From a virus (Duplodnaviria; Heunggongvirae; Uroviricota; Caudoviricetes), in IMG/VR virus record IMGVR_UViG_2565956721_000001: a stretch of 30,377 nucleotides of DNA; one strand, 5' to 3'. Each line of letters opens with the position of its first letter. Within the stretch, counting starts at the first letter, position 1. The translations under genes were made by a program, and so were the position numbers. A model generated the notes under the pieces. That model was given only the letters and a program-made list of their open reading frames with translations, did not search any database and was not told where the DNA came from. Shown piece by piece: positions 28,888 through 30,377 of the stretch.

Positions 28888-29783
28888 AAATCCACCCCGT
28901 AAATCCAGTCAGTGTTTGTCAGGTCGAGTTTTGGTTTGCAGGCTGTCACACCTGCCTGTTGCTTGTTACGGTTGATTTCGAGCTGGGTCCACTTGTCGCG
29001 GAGTTTGGCCGGGCTCAGCACGTTACCGGACCAGAAGTTGTCCTGGCATGCCCAGCGGAACAGTACACACATGTCGCGATGGTTACGTCCGTCACGTTCA
29101 CGCATCAGGCGGATATCGTTAGCCCACCCTGCAAAATTCGGTTTTCTGGCTGATGGCGCGATGGTCTTCACCATGTCAAACATCCATTCTGCGGCGGTCA
29201 GGTCTTCTGCTGTCCCCCACTTGCTGCCGCTCTGAATTGCAGCATCCGGTTTCACCACAGAAAGGTCGTTTTCTGGCTGGTCAGAGGATTCGCCAGAATT
29301 CTCTGACGAATAATCTTTTCTTTTTTCTTTTGTAATAGTGTCTTTTGTGTCCCCCTGTTTTGAGGGATAGCAATCCCCCAATTTGAGGGATGTTTTATCC
29401 CTCGTTTTAGGGGATTTTCCCTCGTTTTGAGGGATACACCATTCTGAGATGTTTTTATTTGGTCCAAACATGCCGCCTTGCTGCTTGATAATATTCATTC
29501 TGACGAGTTCTAACTTGGCTTCATTGCACCGTTTGACGGGTAACTTTGTAATCTCGCTAAGTTGAGAATCGGTGATTCTGTCCATTGGTTTATTCCATCC
29601 ATAGGTTTTACGCAGAATGGCAAGCAGCACTTTAAACTGTCGCTTGGTCAGATCTGCGCCTGAATAAGCCTCAAGCAGCATATTTGATAGTCTGGCGTAA
29701 CCATCATCGAGATCTGCCACATTACGCTCCTGTTTGGCAAAGTTACCTCTGCAGAAGTTGAGTATTTTTGCTGTATTTGTCAT
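28884..29783 (-). CDS. O: replication initiator protein O
   Basis: 299 aa MTNTAKILNFCRGNFAKQERNVADLDDGYARLSNMLLEAYSG..., near identical to recalled lambda O. Confidence 0.95.
   Translation of the reverse strand: MTNTAKILNFCRGNFAKQERNVADLDDGYARLSNMLLEAYSGADLTKRQFKVLLAILRKTYGWNKPMDRITDSQLSEITKLPVKRCNEAKLELVRMNIIKQQGGMFGPNKNISEWCIPQNEGKSPKTRDKTSLKLGDCYPSKQGDTKDTITKEKRKDYSSENSGESSDQPENDLSVVKPDAAIQSGSKWGTAEDLTAAEWMFDMVKTIAPSARKPNFAGWANDIRLMRERDGRNHRDMCVLFRWACQDNFWSGNVLSPAKLRDKWTQLEINRNKQQAGVTACKPKLDLTNTDWIYGVDL
29295..29440 (-). other. origin of replication ori-lambda (four iterons plus AT-rich region) inside O
   Basis: Minus strand carries four ~19-bp iterons of the form ATCCCTCAAAACGAGGGA / AATCCCCTAAAACGAGGGAT / ATCCCTCAAATTGGGGGAT / ATCCCTCAAAACAGGGGGA, followed by the A/T-rich stretch AAAAGAAAAAAGAAAAGATTATTCGTCAGAG. 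Coordinates approximate. Confidence 0.85.
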
Positions 29784-29815
29784 AATGACTCCTGTGGATT
29801 GATCCAGTAATGACC

Positions 29816-30112
29816 TCAGAATTCCATCTGGATTTGTTCAGAACGCTCGGTTGCCGCCGGGCGTTTTTTATTGGTGAGTCCATCAAGCGCATACTTAAAA
29901 GCCCTGCTAATCGGACTGATGTCTGATGCCATTCCGAAAGCACACAAGACCGAAGCAATAAATCTCCAGTCCGTTCTGCTTATCTTCGATTCATGACAGC
30001 CAATCATCTTTGCCAGACCGCGCTGGGTAATAGCTGACAGATTGATAAGTAAATCTGTTTCTGCGCGATCAACGTCACGCTGTGATAGTTTGCTGTAACT
30101 TGTTCTTTCCAT
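29816..30112 (-). CDS. cII: CII-like transcriptional activator (chimeric: divergent N-terminus, lambda-like C-terminus)
   Basis: 98 aa MERTSYSKLSQRDVDRAETDLLINLSAITQRGLAKMIGCHESKISR...; the last ~21 aa LTNKKRPAATERSEQIQMEF match recalled lambda CII exactly; HTH-like centre differs. Confidence 0.8.
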   Translation of the reverse strand: MERTSYSKLSQRDVDRAETDLLINLSAITQRGLAKMIGCHESKISRTDWRFIASVLCAFGMASDISPISRAFKYALDGLTNKKRPAATERSEQIQMEF

Positions 30113-30148
30113 TTCTTAAGATTTCCAATAGTGAATAGTTAGTTGAAA

Positions 30149-30172
30149 GGTATGCGTGGAAACGCATATGGC
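30149..30172 (-). terminator. hairpin in the tR1 position upstream of cII
   Basis: Minus strand TATGCGT-TTCC-ACGCATA followed by CCTTTTCAA; lies between the IS end and the cII start. Confidence 0.4.
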
Positions 30173-30377
30173 TGAACCGCCCCGGGTTTCCTGGAGAGTG
30201 TTTTATCTGTGAACTCAGGCTGCCAGATCATCGTTTCCGATGGAAGCATAATAAGCTTTTTCTGCTTCTGCCGGAGGAGTATGGCCCAGCCTTTCCAGCA
30301 ATCGTCGATTGTTATACCAGTCCACCCACGTGAGTGTGGCCAGTTCCACTTCTGCACGGTTTTTCCAGCTCTTACGG
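30173..30377 (-). mobile_element. right end of an IS3-family insertion sequence (IS629/IS1203-like); element continues beyond the window
   Basis: Plus strand 30173..30186 is TGAACCGCCCCGGG, recalled as the terminal inverted repeat of IS629-group elements, reading inward; a transposase C-terminus follows on the minus strand. Confidence 0.7.
30215..30377 (-). CDS. IS3-family transposase OrfB (rve/DDE integrase core), C-terminal fragment
   Basis: Hand translation of the minus strand gives ...RKSWKNRAEVELATLTWVDWYNNRRLLERLGHTPPAEAEKAYYASIGNDDLAA then stop; YNxRRxxxxLG..P motif typical of rve transposase C-termini. Different frame from track ORF 30139..30357. Confidence 0.7.
   Translation of the reverse strand, partial: RKSWKNRAEVELATLTWVDWYNNRRLLERLGHTPPAEAEKAYYASIGNDDLAA

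Noticed and set aside
29252-29467. 71-aa minus-strand ORF and several plus-strand ORFs within O
   Set aside because: They overlap the ori iterons and the intact O reading frame; the Lys/Gln-rich translation reflects the AT-rich origin.
25120-30168. Shared 12-nt core GCGTGGAAACGC in the hairpins at about 25120 and 30151
   Set aside because: The two occur in opposite orientations relative to transcription and are short; most likely coincidence, not a repeated regulatory element.
30139-30357. 72-aa minus-strand ORF at the right edge
   Set aside because: It is in a different frame from the transposase C-terminus, which has the recognisable rve motif, and it runs across the IS inverted repeat.
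1-30377. Looked for CRISPR arrays, tRNA genes and recognisable defence systems (RM pairs, toxin-antitoxin, retron, abortive infection)
   Set aside because: No regularly spaced direct repeats, no cloverleaf-like sequences noticed by eye, and the only methyltransferase has no partner nuclease. Visual inspection cannot exclude small RNAs or very small toxin genes.

Overview
This window is about 30 kb of a lambdoid prophage, with almost all genes on the minus strand. Read right to left it runs: the end of an IS3-family (IS629-like) element, cII, O (containing the ori iterons), P, ren, a tR2-like terminator, a nin-type operon (ninB, Dam-like methylase, ninE, an unknown 115-aa protein, a ybcO fragment, rusA, ylcG), a Q-family antiterminator (quuD-like), an oppositely oriented porin gene (nmpC-like), a lysis cassette (phage-21-type pinholin and SAR endolysin with lambda-type Rz/Rz1), bor, a small cargo cluster, cos, and the complete lambda-type head and tail modules (Nu1 to J) ending in the start of stf. 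The prophage is mosaic: structural and replication genes look lambda-like, the lysis genes phage-21-like, and the Q/nin region DLP12-like. All protein identifications come from my recollection of the reference protein sequences, not from a database search, and self-derived coordinates may be off by a base or two. I found no CRISPR array, tRNA gene or recognisable known defence system, and I cannot point to one clearly novel system. The best candidates for follow-up are the IS insertion that separates cII-O-P-Q from the expected cro/nutR region, the uncharacterised cargo cluster between cos and bor, the ybcO-fragment mosaic junction in the nin operon, and the tandem module expansion in the C/Nu3 scaffold gene.
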